Source: Camelus ferus (lineage: Eukaryota). Taken from it: a stretch of 64,000 nucleotides of DNA. The stretch is from assembly GCF_009834535.1 (NCBI RefSeq), contig NC_045696.1, positions 22,818,001 through 22,882,000 of the forward strand, in the 5' to 3' direction. The notes under the pieces were generated by a model that was given only the letters and a program-made list of their open reading frames with translations, was not told the origin of the DNA and ran no database searches. Positions 52,194-64,000 of this stretch are shown piece by piece. The first letter of the stretch is position 1; the number at the start of each line of letters is the position of its first letter. The position numbers and the translations under genes were made by a program.

Positions 52194-52232
<39 letters not shown>

Positions 52233-52268
52233 CGTGAGCGTGTGTGTGTACGCGTGCGTGTGTGTGTG
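52194..52268. repeat. (TG)n with embedded TACGCG units
   Basis: gtgtgt...gtacgcgtgagcgtgtgtgtgtacgcgtgcgtgtgtgtgtg. Confidence 0.95.
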
Positions 52269-53340
52269 GCGTAGGCGCCCTGCAGAGGGTATTGCACTTA
52301 AATAGCTATAACACTCCTTGAAGGCCAGATGATGATTTTGATGTCACGTATAGAAATAGGAGTTTAAGAACATGAAGGAACTATTTAATAAAACTCTTCC
52401 TTTTGTTCCGAATTTTAATGTATAATTTTCACAGCCCTTCTCACCAAGAAATAAGAAAACCTATTCAAAATTTAATTTGCTTCCTATTTTAATGTATATG
52501 TATCTGTTACATTGTATTGAATTGGCAGTTTACTTGCTACGTAAAGAAAATATTGGGCATATCTACCTATATTACCACAGTTGACTATGAACAACATCGA
52601 ATATTATTCGGACATATGCAGGAACAAACATAATGGTTGTGGGGGAGAAGTTCACGATTATTTTGGCTTTTCATTCTAGCATATTTTAAGAAGTTGACCT
52701 GACTATAACTTTTCTTTGGAATGCTTGTTGGAAAAGCATAACTGAGAGTTTTAAAACTTGGATTGAAACTTAATCTATATGGTAATAGAACTTGGAAGAA
52801 TCCAAGCTCAGTTCAGACTAAAATGTCAGAAGAGTTTTTGAAAATGGTACATCTCATACAACCTAAGGATATAGAGAAATAAATCATCTATCACTTAGTT
52901 TTTCAACAAAGGGCGCAACATATAAGGAAGTGAAATAAAGAATCTAGAACAGTTGCTTATGCATATGCCTGTCCCCTTTGATATATTTCATCTGCAGAAA
53001 ATACACAGGGTGGATTCCACAGTGGTTCCTATGTTCCTCTGCTGTTCTAAACCTTTCAGATCTTCCTTAAACACTTTTAATCTGCTTTCATGCAGAAGTC
53101 TCTGTCACACGTGTTCCACCTTCAATGTAAGTTGTGGTTAAGTTGCTCTTAAACATACAGAATTTACAAAAGAGCGTGTGTTAAAATTGCAGTGGTTATT
53201 CTTTCCCTTCCTGCTGTCTTTACCAGGGCCTCCCTATCTCATAAAACCAAAACAGCACATTACCATAGGGTACCAATATAGCTAAACTGATTTTCAACAT
53301 GTTACTTGTTCTTAGACTTTAATTGATTTTCAATTCAAAG

Positions 53341-53700
53341 CACTAGTTCTCAAACTTGGCTACATATTGGAATTACCTAGAACATTTAAAAAATGCTGAT
53401 CCTCAGGTCCCACTACCTGATTTGCTGGCTATGGAGTATGGCTTTGAATTTTCTAAAAGAAGTTTTCAAAGCTCTATAGTTAATTCTAATGTGCAACAAA
53501 GTGAGAACCACCAGTTTGAGTAGTGGTTGCCAATCTTGCCTGCACATTGGAAACTTCTAGAAATCCTTAGAAAGATTGGTGCCAAGTTTCCACACTTGAA
53601 TTGGATGCAATTGTCCTGAGGTGTAGCCAGAACGTAAGAAGTATCTCCCCACACACCCCCACCACCCCTCTGTCCAGGTGTTTCTAGTAAATAGCCAAGC
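53341..53700. mobile_element. Two adjacent MER5-type hAT MITEs
   Basis: cactagttctcaaacttggctacatattggaattacct...tgagaaccac (53341-53513), then tagtggttgccaatcttgcctgcacattggaa from 53521. Confidence 0.7.
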
Positions 53701-55419
53701 CTAAGAATTAACATCAGCATTTCACATTTATAAAGTTTCTCACGTTGAATTTTTAAAGTATATTATATGGAAATTCTGAGTTTTAAAATAGATTTTACTT
53801 GAATGTAGTTTAATAAATCAAGGCAAAAAAATAACTGATTATTACATGTGAAGATCTCCCAGAAGAAAAACCTAACCCTCATTGTAAAGGTGTTAGATTC
53901 AAGGGCAAAGTTATTGATACTTGAAGAAAGAAAATTGTAAAAAAATAGAATCCAAAGGAGTTATTCTTAATGCAAGTATGACAATTCAGATCATCTTCGG
54001 GAGAACTTTGTTACTCATAAGTAAAAATGAGATCTAGAAGAGAAAAGGAAATTTTTGCCAGATTCACCGCTTTTAAAAAGAACATAATCAATTCTCAGAT
54101 AAATATTTTCAGATGTGTGAAAGTCACCTATAAATGTTTATTCTACTTAAAATTTTCCTAAGAACACAAGCTCTTGACAACTAATGTAAACTGTCAATTG
54201 CTTAAAAGTGGAGTGGAGAAAGGAATATCTATTTAAAGCCTACAGCATGCTTCTGAATGAAAGGTACAGTGTTGATTATCTTATTTAATGAGAGACTTGA
54301 TAACACATTCAGAGAGAAGCCAGGTGTAAACAGTTGTTCCACACTTGTGCAGTGGGTTTATATGATTGTGTTACTATAGCTTGCTGAAGTGTTGTGTAAA
54401 CACGGGTTGAGTTACTTATTACTTAGTTTATAGATGATAATGCCCAAGGTATTTTTGTCCTCCAAAAACATATCCATCCAATTCATATGCTCGAAATGAG
54501 TCGGTGGAATGGGGGAATGTTCTCTTCAGTTCCAATAGGAAAATTCTACTAAAAAATATATATTTTCAATTTGGGTGATGTGTTGTGTGTGTGTGTGTGT
54601 GTGTGTTGTATTTGATGATAGGAACTTCATTTCTCTAAACAGATTATTTTTCTTAAGAATTGTTTCTATAATTCTACCATCTCGTTATAGGATAGATATT
54701 TTGTCAGCAAAACTAACGCTAACTCCTCAGTGTCTACATATGCTTGATAAAATGCCTATAAATAATATCACCAGTGTATAATGCTTGAAGAAATTAAGAG
54801 TTTATTTGCCACTCACTAAAGAGAAAAAAAAAAAAGGTTAAAAAGAATAGGCAAAAGGTCATTGGCAGCAGAGTGACCATTTAATCAGTATTGATTAAAC
54901 AAGCCATACAAATGCTTTTGTGTGCCTGGCAAACGTAGGAGAATTGATTTTTAAAGAAATTATCTAATCCTGGAAACTTTCTTAAAGTAATGGATTAAAA
55001 TAAAAAAATACAACCTAAGAGATAAAGTGCAGCCAAGATAATTCCAGTATTTTAAAGCAAAAATACTGGAGCTTTTAAGTCTATTAAAAGTTTATCTTTT
55101 ACCTCATTAGTTATGCATTTATTGGGTTCTTTTGGTTGATCTGCTTTGTGATCCATGTTCCAGCATTATTTATTCTATTAACTGAGCAAAATAAAGGAAC
55201 AATTAATACCCCGTTTCCAGTTATAAAAACACAGTAAACATTAATGTAGCCAACTATTGAAGTAGCTCAGTGGGCGCCAAGTTTCCACTTGATTATAAAG
55301 TTCAACATGTTGTTGATCTTGGCTAATCCACAAGGTATCTGAAATAACCAGAATGCAGAATAGTCCACTTATTTGTGTCTTATAGACATGACTTAAAGAA
55401 CTGGAATACGTCGAAATTT

Positions 55420-56066
55420 TATGAATTTGACAAATTTTGGTTACAGGCACTATGTCTGATACCAGGAATACAAAAAATGAGACACGGGAGAAAGTGTCTC
55501 ATTCACTTGAATCAGAAAGATTCTTCCACAAGATGGTTACAATCCAGTAGATTAGCGAGAAGGCAGGAAGATGCTAGGAGATTTACAGAAGTCATAAGGG
55601 ATCACAGAGGAGAGGCATCTGTCCCAGACTAGAGGTAACAGGAATGGGGACAGGTAAGAGGAAAGGTTCTTGGAAGGAAAGATTTTCATGCCCAAGTTGG
55701 AATCTTAACCTAAAATAACAATACATTTGTACAGTGGAGGGGCAGCTAATAGGTTTGGTGAAATAACATTCTAAGCAGGAGGCAGCCTGGAGGTGAGAGA
55801 GGTTTAAAAAAGATACTGAAATTACATAAATGAAACTAACTGAGTATGAAGATTTGATAGGCAGAAAAAAGTGAAGCTAACAATAGATAAGTGTGTTATC
55901 ATCAGAATAAACAAATGAAAGCCAACAAAATATTTTAAGCATTTATGGGATGGAAGATGTTGGTGATGGTGTTGATCAACTTGATCATATTTGGATTTAG
56001 GAAAAAAGTGAACTATCTGGCAGCAGAACAGAGCTTGAAGGAAGTGGAGAGGCCAGTTAGGAGGGA
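55420..56066 (-). mobile_element. L2 fragment
   Basis: caggcactatgtctgataccaggaatacaaaaaatga followed by a purine-rich L2 body. Confidence 0.6.
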
Positions 56067-56673
56067 GGTGGTAAGCAGAATTCCAAAGTGACTCCAGTGA
56101 CCCCTACCCTGCTTTATTTGTGGATGGAAGCTGTGAATATGATGAGACATTTGTAACAATGTTGTGTTATATGACAAAGGGATTTTGCAGATATAATTAA
56201 AGTTTCCAAATAATTTGATCTTAATATGGGAAGTTTATCTTGAATGGATTGGACCTAATCTAAAGAGCCCTAAGAGAATCAAGATCTTGCAAAAGTGATT
56301 CAAAGTGTGAAAGCAATTTAATGAGAGAGAATACTCTATTTTTGGTTTTGAAAATGGAAGCGCCTACTGGCAAGGAATGTAGGTGGCTTCTAGATGCTGA
56401 GAGTGGCCTCTGGGTGAAACAGAGACCTCAGTCCCACAATTGCAAGGAACTGAGTCCTGCCTCAATCATGTGTGTTTAGAAGAGGATTCCAACCTCTATT
56501 CGAGAGTGCAGTCAAAACGACACTCTGATTTTAGCCTTGTGAGAGTCTCAGCAGAAAACCCAGTCATGACCTATCCATACTTCTGACCTATAGAATCACA
56601 AGCTAATAAATGGGTATTGTTTTATGCCACTAAGTTTGTGCAATTTTCTATACAGCGACAGAAAACTAATGCA
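56067..56673 (+). mobile_element. MLT1 (D/E-like) solo LTR
   Basis: gtggtaagcagaattccaaag start; ctaataaatgggtattgttttatgccactaagtttgtg...gaaaactaatgca end; 5-bp flanks aggga/aagga. Confidence 0.88.
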
Positions 56674-59600
56674 AAGGAGATACATCATTCAAAGAAGAAA
56701 ATCAATTTATACCATAATTTCTAAATGGAAGAATTTAGAATTATCTTCAAGCAGCAGTTACTCATGCAAAACTTAGTCACATCACCCATTAAAAACAGAA
56801 CAAGACAAAAAGGTATTCATTTAGGTGACTCAATGATTCAATGTATTTGGGGCTATTTCTATAATTGAATCACCTTTAATACTGAGGATTATCAAAGTGT
56901 TTAATAATCATCTTATGTACATCTGCCGTTCTCCCCTCTAAAACTCCCCTCCCTGCAGAAATGCTTCTAACTGTATCAAAATTTTGATGACGTCTTGCCC
57001 AAGAACCATTACTTATCACCATTACCATTTTTTAGTTAAAAAAGGTAACCTTTGTTTTCCCCTTATATGAAAAGTTTTTCCAAAAAGACCTTCTGTAGTT
57101 ACAAATTTACTTTGAAAGGGAATACTCAGTTAAAATTTTCCTGTGTAATGATAGATTTGTCTTTAATTTTGGAACCTAATCTTCACCTCCCCACCATCAC
57201 CAAACTCATTTCCACTAGAAATATAAGCAAAACAGAATCAATAAACACAAAACCCCAGAATTTTTTTGTAGAGAAAGATGATTTTTCCTAACCTCTGTTA
57301 TATTTATTTTATTATTCATAAATATTTATTAATATTTATCATTATATGGAAGTTATATATGAAATACTATAATAATTTACATAGATTGAAAAGCAATATT
57401 AAGTAATTCTGCTTTGTAATATAAGTGAAGCTGTTTACTGAAACTTCACAAAAATTATATTAAATAATAGCCTCTAAGAATATATTCTGTTATGTATATT
57501 GTAGTGATGGTCTATGGAATAATATTTATCTATTTATTGGCACATAATTTTCTTGACTACCTCTAAAGCAATATACCATACTATTCTAAGACAGCAGATT
57601 TTTAAAACGTGCTGTTTCTTGAGTTTCCTTTATAATACAACCTTTTTCTCCCCACTGTTTTTTGTTATGATTAGATAATTTCTGTTCTGCACCAAATTCT
57701 TTGGTTATTACCAGCAAATAAAATTTTTTAAAAGTATAGCATATGCTTTAACTTCATGCCAAATAAGTTTTATTCTCTGAAAATATCAGACAGACTTTTT
57801 ATACATGGGAAATAATATCATTGGGAACTTATGATTGTCTAAAAGAGATGTATTAGGTAAGAGATTTGGAACTAAGTAATAGAAATATCTTTAAAAAGTA
57901 ATCTAGAAGGATGCTATCTTAAATATGTAACCGTGTATCACATTTATTATTCCTTTTGCTTCTGGGAAGAACATGCTTTTAGTTCGTTACTTTGGTCACT
58001 ATAATTCATTTTATCAATGAGCTGTCACTGTATTTAAACATCTGGAACTCATCACACTGAACAATGCCAACGCTCATAACCAATCAATGAGAGTTTACTG
58101 TGAATGATAAACATTAACAATATGATCCCAGCTTTGTTACAGTAATTATGTGATGGAAAACATTCAGTCTCAGACCCTTGTATCTTACCTCCTGAAGAGC
58201 TGTGATTGCTACTCTCCTTAAACTTTAAACATCATCAATCATTTTATTCAAAAACTCTATTTGTATAGATTTTTAAAAATTCTAAATGATTGCCTAAGTG
58301 ATATCTAACGATACCCTCACCACCCCCCAAAATAAGAATATTATAAGTAACTAAAAGTATTGAGCAAAAGACTCCATGCAATTAACTTCAAAAATTTTGG
58401 AGGCAACACTTCAACAAACCACTTAGAGGAAGAGAGCCTTTTAACTGCTTTCAACAGAATTCCATTCTACTTTTATCTCTGGAGAGGGTTTCCCTATAAT
58501 TCCAGCACTTCAGCCAGATTGTTTGCACACGGCTGAACAGAAAAAACATATATATTTTACATCAGCATATTTAATATCACAGGTTCCTCAATGTACTGAC
58601 ACAATGTTGGCAGTATTAACAATGCAGACATCATTAGCTTTCCAAAAGATCCGTAATTGAAAAGTCAGACTGCTGAAAAATGTCATCTTGTGTGTACTAT
58701 GCTCAGGGAATAAAGCTTTGCCTAAGTCCTTAAAAGGGCAAATAAAGACTCAGTCATGGCCTGTGTTGACTCCATAGGCACTAAGTTCTGTTAGCTTTAG
58801 CATGCTGTTTGGAATTTCCACCTCCGATGAACCATTTCTCCTAAATTTGCAAGAACTGTTCAATCTCCATCCCACCTCATCCTTATGTTCTAGCCAAGTT
58901 AGAAAGCAACAAGGACTTACACAGTAGATTTGAAAATAACGTTTCAACTAATAGGTACCACATATTAAAATTTTTGTGAGCCTAGGGAAAAAAGGGACAT
59001 TTTACAGATTTGTTTGTTTATTTATTTACTAGAACTAGAGTTCTTGGCAGAATATATCTAATTCCTTTGCCAATTCAAGTTACAGAAGATGTTTAAAATT
59101 TAATTTTTTTAAATAATAAATTTTTCTATGTAAATTAAAATTATACATTTAAAAATGTTCTAAAAGGGGAAAAATTGCTTTCAAGTTTTCAAATTCACTT
59201 CCTGTTTCCTTTTTCTCTTGCTCTTTTCCTTCCCACATTCTTTTTCCCTCAATATTTCACTTCCTTTCTTTACCTGCACTCTATACTTTGGTGGGGTGGA
59301 GGGGAGACTTTGACATTCAGAAAAAAATGAAACACCACATATTCAAAGTTCTCACATAAGCTCTGTGTCTGCTCCAATTTAGAGGTTTAAGCCAAAACCT
59401 AGGCTGCTCTTTTGGTTCCACAAGGCAAGCGTGGTCTTGTATGTGAGGTGGGTCTGTGCAGGGGTGGGACTGAGTCTGCTCATAGCTCAGGCCTACAGTA
59501 TGTTTAAAGGAGGGGAGGAGTGTTGAAATTGTCTATGTGCTACTAATTTTACTTTCAAAGATACTAATGCTGACTTTTAAAAGTCATATCTCTGTATCTT

Positions 59601-59844
59601 TTTCCCGCCAAGGCTTTTTTTAAGTCTATCTAAAATCCAGGAATGATGACTTAAGTACAGGCTTCTGTGAATCTTTCTCTGGCACCGAACACCTAAGGGA
59701 TTTCTGCGAATAAAACATCAGAAGACATTAGGAGAGTGTATCATTTTGTTCTGAACTGTATGTTTAGATGAATTCAATAAACCCTTGAATTCAACTAACC
59801 CTTGAGCCCAACCATTTTGAGTACAACTGACAAAGTAATATGAA

Positions 59845-60300
59845 CAAAAACTCTGGGGTTGGACTGCCTAGGTTTGAATCGAAGCTCTCCCTCTTAGTAG
59901 CTGTTTGGTTGGTTGACTTTGAACAACCTCAAACATTGGTATCTCTTTTTCCTCTTCTGTGAAAAGGAGGTAATGATAATTCCTATTTCATGTATTTGTT
60001 CTGAAGATTAAATGAGTAATTCATCTAAAGCAGTGGTTCACAACCAGTGGTGATTCCCCTGCTCCCTACCCAGGTGACATGGACTATGTCTAGCATTTTT
60101 GTTTTTTTGTCATAAATAAGTTGGGACTGTGTATAACTGGGCAGATGAAGGCCAAGGATGCTGCTACACATCCCACATTCACAGGACAGCTGCTTACAAC
60201 AAAGAAGTCTCCCGCCCAGTGTGGCAACAGCGTTGAGGGTAAGAAGCCCTGATCTGAATCACTTGAAACAGTGCCTCACACAGAGGAGACACTAAAGAAA
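59845..60300 (+). mobile_element. MIR interrupted by MER20
   Basis: ggactgcctaggtttgaatc...gattaaatgagtaattcatctaaag, then after the insertion cacttgaaacagtgcctcacacag. Confidence 0.8.
60031..60251 (+). mobile_element. MER20 hAT-Charlie MITE
   Basis: cagtggttc...aggccaaggatgctgctacacatcc...cacaggacag...agaagccctg; 8-bp flanks atctaaag/atctgaat. Confidence 0.88.
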
Positions 60301-60799
60301 AGTTAAATTTTACTTGAATAACATTGAAGTTTATTTACTTTCCCTTATTGTAGACAACTTTCCCCGTCACTTTTAATTTTTTCATTGTTTCTATACTTAT
60401 ATTCTCTTTGGGTGTTAGTTCTAGCAGAACTCACAATTTCTTAAGCAGCTGATTTTCAGAGTCAAACAATTCAAATATTTGTTAGTTCACCCCCAAGAAA
60501 CACATTCACAGACACTTGATAATGGATGAAAGCCAATAATTGCCAGCCTCTGGCTTCTGCCCCAGGTCCTTTGTACCGTATGCGCTTCAGAACAGTGAAA
60601 AAGGGGAGTGAGGCGTATGTTAGAAAAATTTAATCTTGCGCTTTCTTTAATGATATCCAAATTTAAAAATGAGAAAGCAGGGAGAGATCAGGATAGAGTG
60701 AAATGGTAGCAACATATAGAAAATTCACCTGCATTTCATGGAGTGAATGACTGAATAAAAATACATGCATCCTCAAGACTGACACTTTCCTTTTTAGAT

Positions 60800-61200
60800 G
60801 AGATAGTCAGGCTTCTTGACTGCAAGTGACAGAAACGGACTCTAGTCTGAGCAGAAAGGAACTGAGTGGAAGGCTATCAGACAACTTGCACAGTCCATGG
60901 GGTTGCCAAGTAAAGAGGCAGAAACGGGGAAGGACAGGCAGCATGAAAAGAGCAAGGCTCTCATCACCGGAGCCATCCAGCTGGGATGTCCCCTGTCACT
61001 GGACATGGCTTTCTCAGGACGCCACAGCTTCCATGGCACAAGTAACTCTGGTCATACTGTCAAGATTATAAATCTCATATGAGGTCAAATGCTGCAGCGA
61101 TAGCTGCCAGAGACAAGAAGACAGAATACCTGGCCACTAGACTTCCAAAACTGAGGAAGAGAGAAAGCTGTGCAGTGCAGACTTGTAACAGATAAGTTAG
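60800..61200. mobile_element. Old MLT1-like LTR remnant
   Basis: tagtcaggcttcttgactgcaagtgacagaaac resembles an MLT1J/K-type terminus. Confidence 0.45.
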
Positions 61201-62812
61201 GCACTTCAAGAAAAGCCAGTCGAAACATGTGGGGTTTCAAGATGCAGTTAAAGAGTGCCACGCTGGGGAGTATTGTTCAATATCCAGCTCTGGGCATTCC
61301 TGGAGAAGGGAGGACTTTTGCAAAGATTGTATGAGGGAGCTGTGGTCTGCACTGATTGTATTTTTAAATGAAAGGTTTTTCCATTTGAGCAATTTGTTTT
61401 GTCACTTGTAGGTCTGCAAACATGGGCCAACACATTTAAAAGGCCCTAGGTCCTTTGTTAGATAGGAATTTCACATTGGGGAAAGGTTGGCTGAGTTTGG
61501 CTAACCACTCCAAGACATGAGCTTGGACACGCTGCTGACTCAGAGAAATGAAAAGGAACGAGGCCCAGAAGGCAACACTAAAATGTTATTTTCCTTTTCC
61601 ATGTAATCTCAGTTTACAAAAGCTTATTAAAGTTTTTCACCAGCTATAAAGTTTATACAGTACATTGCTAACAGATGTAATTGTTGGACAGATAACACAC
61701 TCGTAAGCCAGTTTTTTTAAACTTGAAAATGTGTCTCCAGGCCATAGGAGCTGTGACTTTAGCCAAGGGTATAAACGTCTGTCATTATGAGTCTCATAAG
61801 TAATGTCAATATGACCTTTTACACGATTTTTAGTTGAATTTGGCAAGAGAAACCAAAGGCTAGCATTTAGATTGTAGTTTCAAAAGGCATTTTTCCTGGG
61901 TAGGTGATAACCAGTGCCTCTTAGAAGAAAAGCAATAGAATTGCAATTCGGTCCATCAGGAATGGAGGTGGGGGCGGTGTTTTGCCACATAAAGTTTAGT
62001 GATAGAGTCCTCTAGTTGGATTTCTTCATCATTTTGTGCTTTGAAAACTTCCTGATGGCGAGAAGCAGTCCATGCTTACTATTAATGTAACGATTATGTC
62101 TGCGGCAAGCTGTTGCTGGTTCCTCATAACTAATTAGACTCTTCAGCAATTAAAGTCTTTGGATATTTGAATTTTCCCCCAATCAATTATATTGCTTAAC
62201 TATTTTATACATGTTTACCTTATATTTTCTTGCTTAGTTATTTTAGCATCTGATAAACAAAATGATTGTCCTGTGACTTCTATGATCATAACTTGTGTCT
62301 TTGTGTAGTTGCCATTTGTTAATAATTAAATCGGATCGCTGGCTTTCATCTTTGAAATTTCCTGTTCTACTAGATTAAGGATTTCCCCAGAAGAACTGAG
62401 GCTGCCTCTGTGAGTACCTGGCTGCTAACAACCTGGAACTTTGAGTTAATTTCTCATGTTGAGGGTCCCCTGACCAATTCAGGTCATGTACATTAATGGG
62501 GCAGACCCATGCTAACCAGGTTCAGGAAACACTGTTTTGAGCCCACCCAGAGCCATAGGAGAAACAGACAGCTCTCCTTCTGGTTCCACGTGTTGCTGTC
62601 GCTGCTGTTTTGACCCAGGCTCTCACTGAGCTCATTGTTTTTTAGGTGTCCCCAGCCTCGTGCAGGGCTCTCAGATTTAATTGCTCATCTTCTGCAGACC
62701 CAAGAGGTGGTCATTAATTTCCCCCAAACTCAAGGTTCCTGAAAACAGCATTTAGGCTCAGGACAATCATAGCTCCCCACATACTCACCACTCTGATTTC
62801 AGCTCCTAGGGA

Positions 62813-62878
62813 TGTGTTTGTGTGTGTGAGTGTGTGTGTGCGCACGCACACGTGTGTGTGCATGCCTGCACACATGTG
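62813..62878. repeat. Mixed (TG)/(CA)/(CG) alternating purine-pyrimidine tract
   Basis: tgtgtgtgagtgtgtgtgtgcgcacgcacacgtgtgtgtgcatgcctgcacacatgtg. Confidence 0.85.
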
Positions 62879-63523
62879 AATGTACAGTGGGTACTAGAAA
62901 ACTTAGGTTTGCTCTTTATATTCACGGAACAAAGTTAACATAATTGCAATTAGTACATCTCCTTAATTTTAAAATATATAGAAACTTATTTCACAACTAC
63001 TTGAGCACTTAGGTGAATAAAAGTTACCGACGGCCAACACATTTATACCACATTCTTCAGGTATTTTCGTTAGTTTCTTTTTTTTTTTTATGCTTGACTG
63101 CTGATGCTACAGTCTTTTGTGCAGAGAAAGCTATCTGTTAGATGCCACCGTGGGATTTCACCCTCATTCATTACACAGTGGCATATCCTTTCATTTTCAG
63201 TCTCTCTGGGTCAGTTTGTTTTAGGAGATTCGCTGGTACTCACTATAAAGATTCATATTTATAATGATACAAAAGTGAGTTTGGTCCACTGATAGTTTTT
63301 AAAATTAAGATATGTTTCATCTTAGTTCTGTTCACATATATATACTATATATCTATATCTATATATCTATAAAACTAGGCTACTTGTATAGTTTTTCAAA
63401 CAATCTCATTACATGAATCACAACAAAATGTAGAAAGTATCTGCACAAGAGGGGTCTTGAAGCCTTTGCTTCATTAGCTTCATAATAAATACTCCAGTTT
63501 ATTATTTATCTTTGTAAAATGAC

Positions 63524-63900
63524 TTTTTTAATTGTGGTAAAATATAGAAGACATAAAACTGACCATTTTAACCATTAAGTGTACAGTCAGTGGCATTAAG
63601 TACATTTACATTGTTGCACAACCATCACCATCATCCGTCTCCAGTACTTTTTTCATCTTCCTAAACCGAATCTCTACACCCATTAAACCATAGCTCTCAT
63701 TCTCCTCCCCGTAGTCCCTAGGAAACACCATCCTGCTTTCCATCTCTACAAATCTGACTTCTCTAAGTACCTCTTATGAGTGAAATCGTGCAGTATTTAT
63801 TCTTTTGTGACTGGGTTATTTCACTTAGCTATTGTTTTCAAAGTTCATCCATGTTGTGGCATGTGTCAGCATTCCCTTCCTTTTTAAGTCTGAATAATTA
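63524..63900 (-). mobile_element. L1MB-type 3' end
   Basis: ttttaattgtggtaaaatat...gtgtacagtcagtggcattaagtacatttacattgttgcacaaccatcacc...gttcatccatgttgtggcatgtgtcag. Confidence 0.9.
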
Positions 63901-64000
63901 GTTTTTAAATAACAGACTAATTCTTCTGTATTTTATGTAGTGTTTATTGACTCCCTACCAGAAGCAATGATGTTTATACATTATTCTCTCTTCCTCTTCT

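Noticed and set aside
59769..59805. 17-bp tandem doublet (similar small doublets near 13298, 18927 and 22258)
   Set aside because: Ordinary slippage micro-duplications with no further structure.

Overview
This is AT-rich mammalian non-coding DNA, either a gene desert or the inside of a very large intron. I cannot support any protein-coding exon, functional RNA gene or CpG island. It is almost certainly camelid (camel/alpaca/vicuna): it holds three tRNA-Ala(AGC)-derived vic-1-type SINEs with target-site duplications and three young L1 3' ends of one family. The rest is layered transposon debris (L1M, L2, MIR, CR1/L3, ERV1/ERVL/MaLR LTRs, hAT DNA transposons) and microsatellites. The longer ORFs in the track come mostly from L1 ORF2 remnants, LTR sequence or low-complexity repeats, and none resembles a host protein I recognise. 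I found no new biological system. The best observations are: three 5'-inverted (twin-primed) L1s; a 333-nt pure-pyrimidine expansion that removed an L1 ORF2 stop codon; a two-step template-switch duplication; a CR1 fossil still readable as protein; two LTRs keeping CpG-containing promoter motifs (NRF1; ETS+YY1); and a triple AP-1 cluster. Repeat family names come from recalled consensus sequences, not a database search, and boundaries of old elements are approximate.
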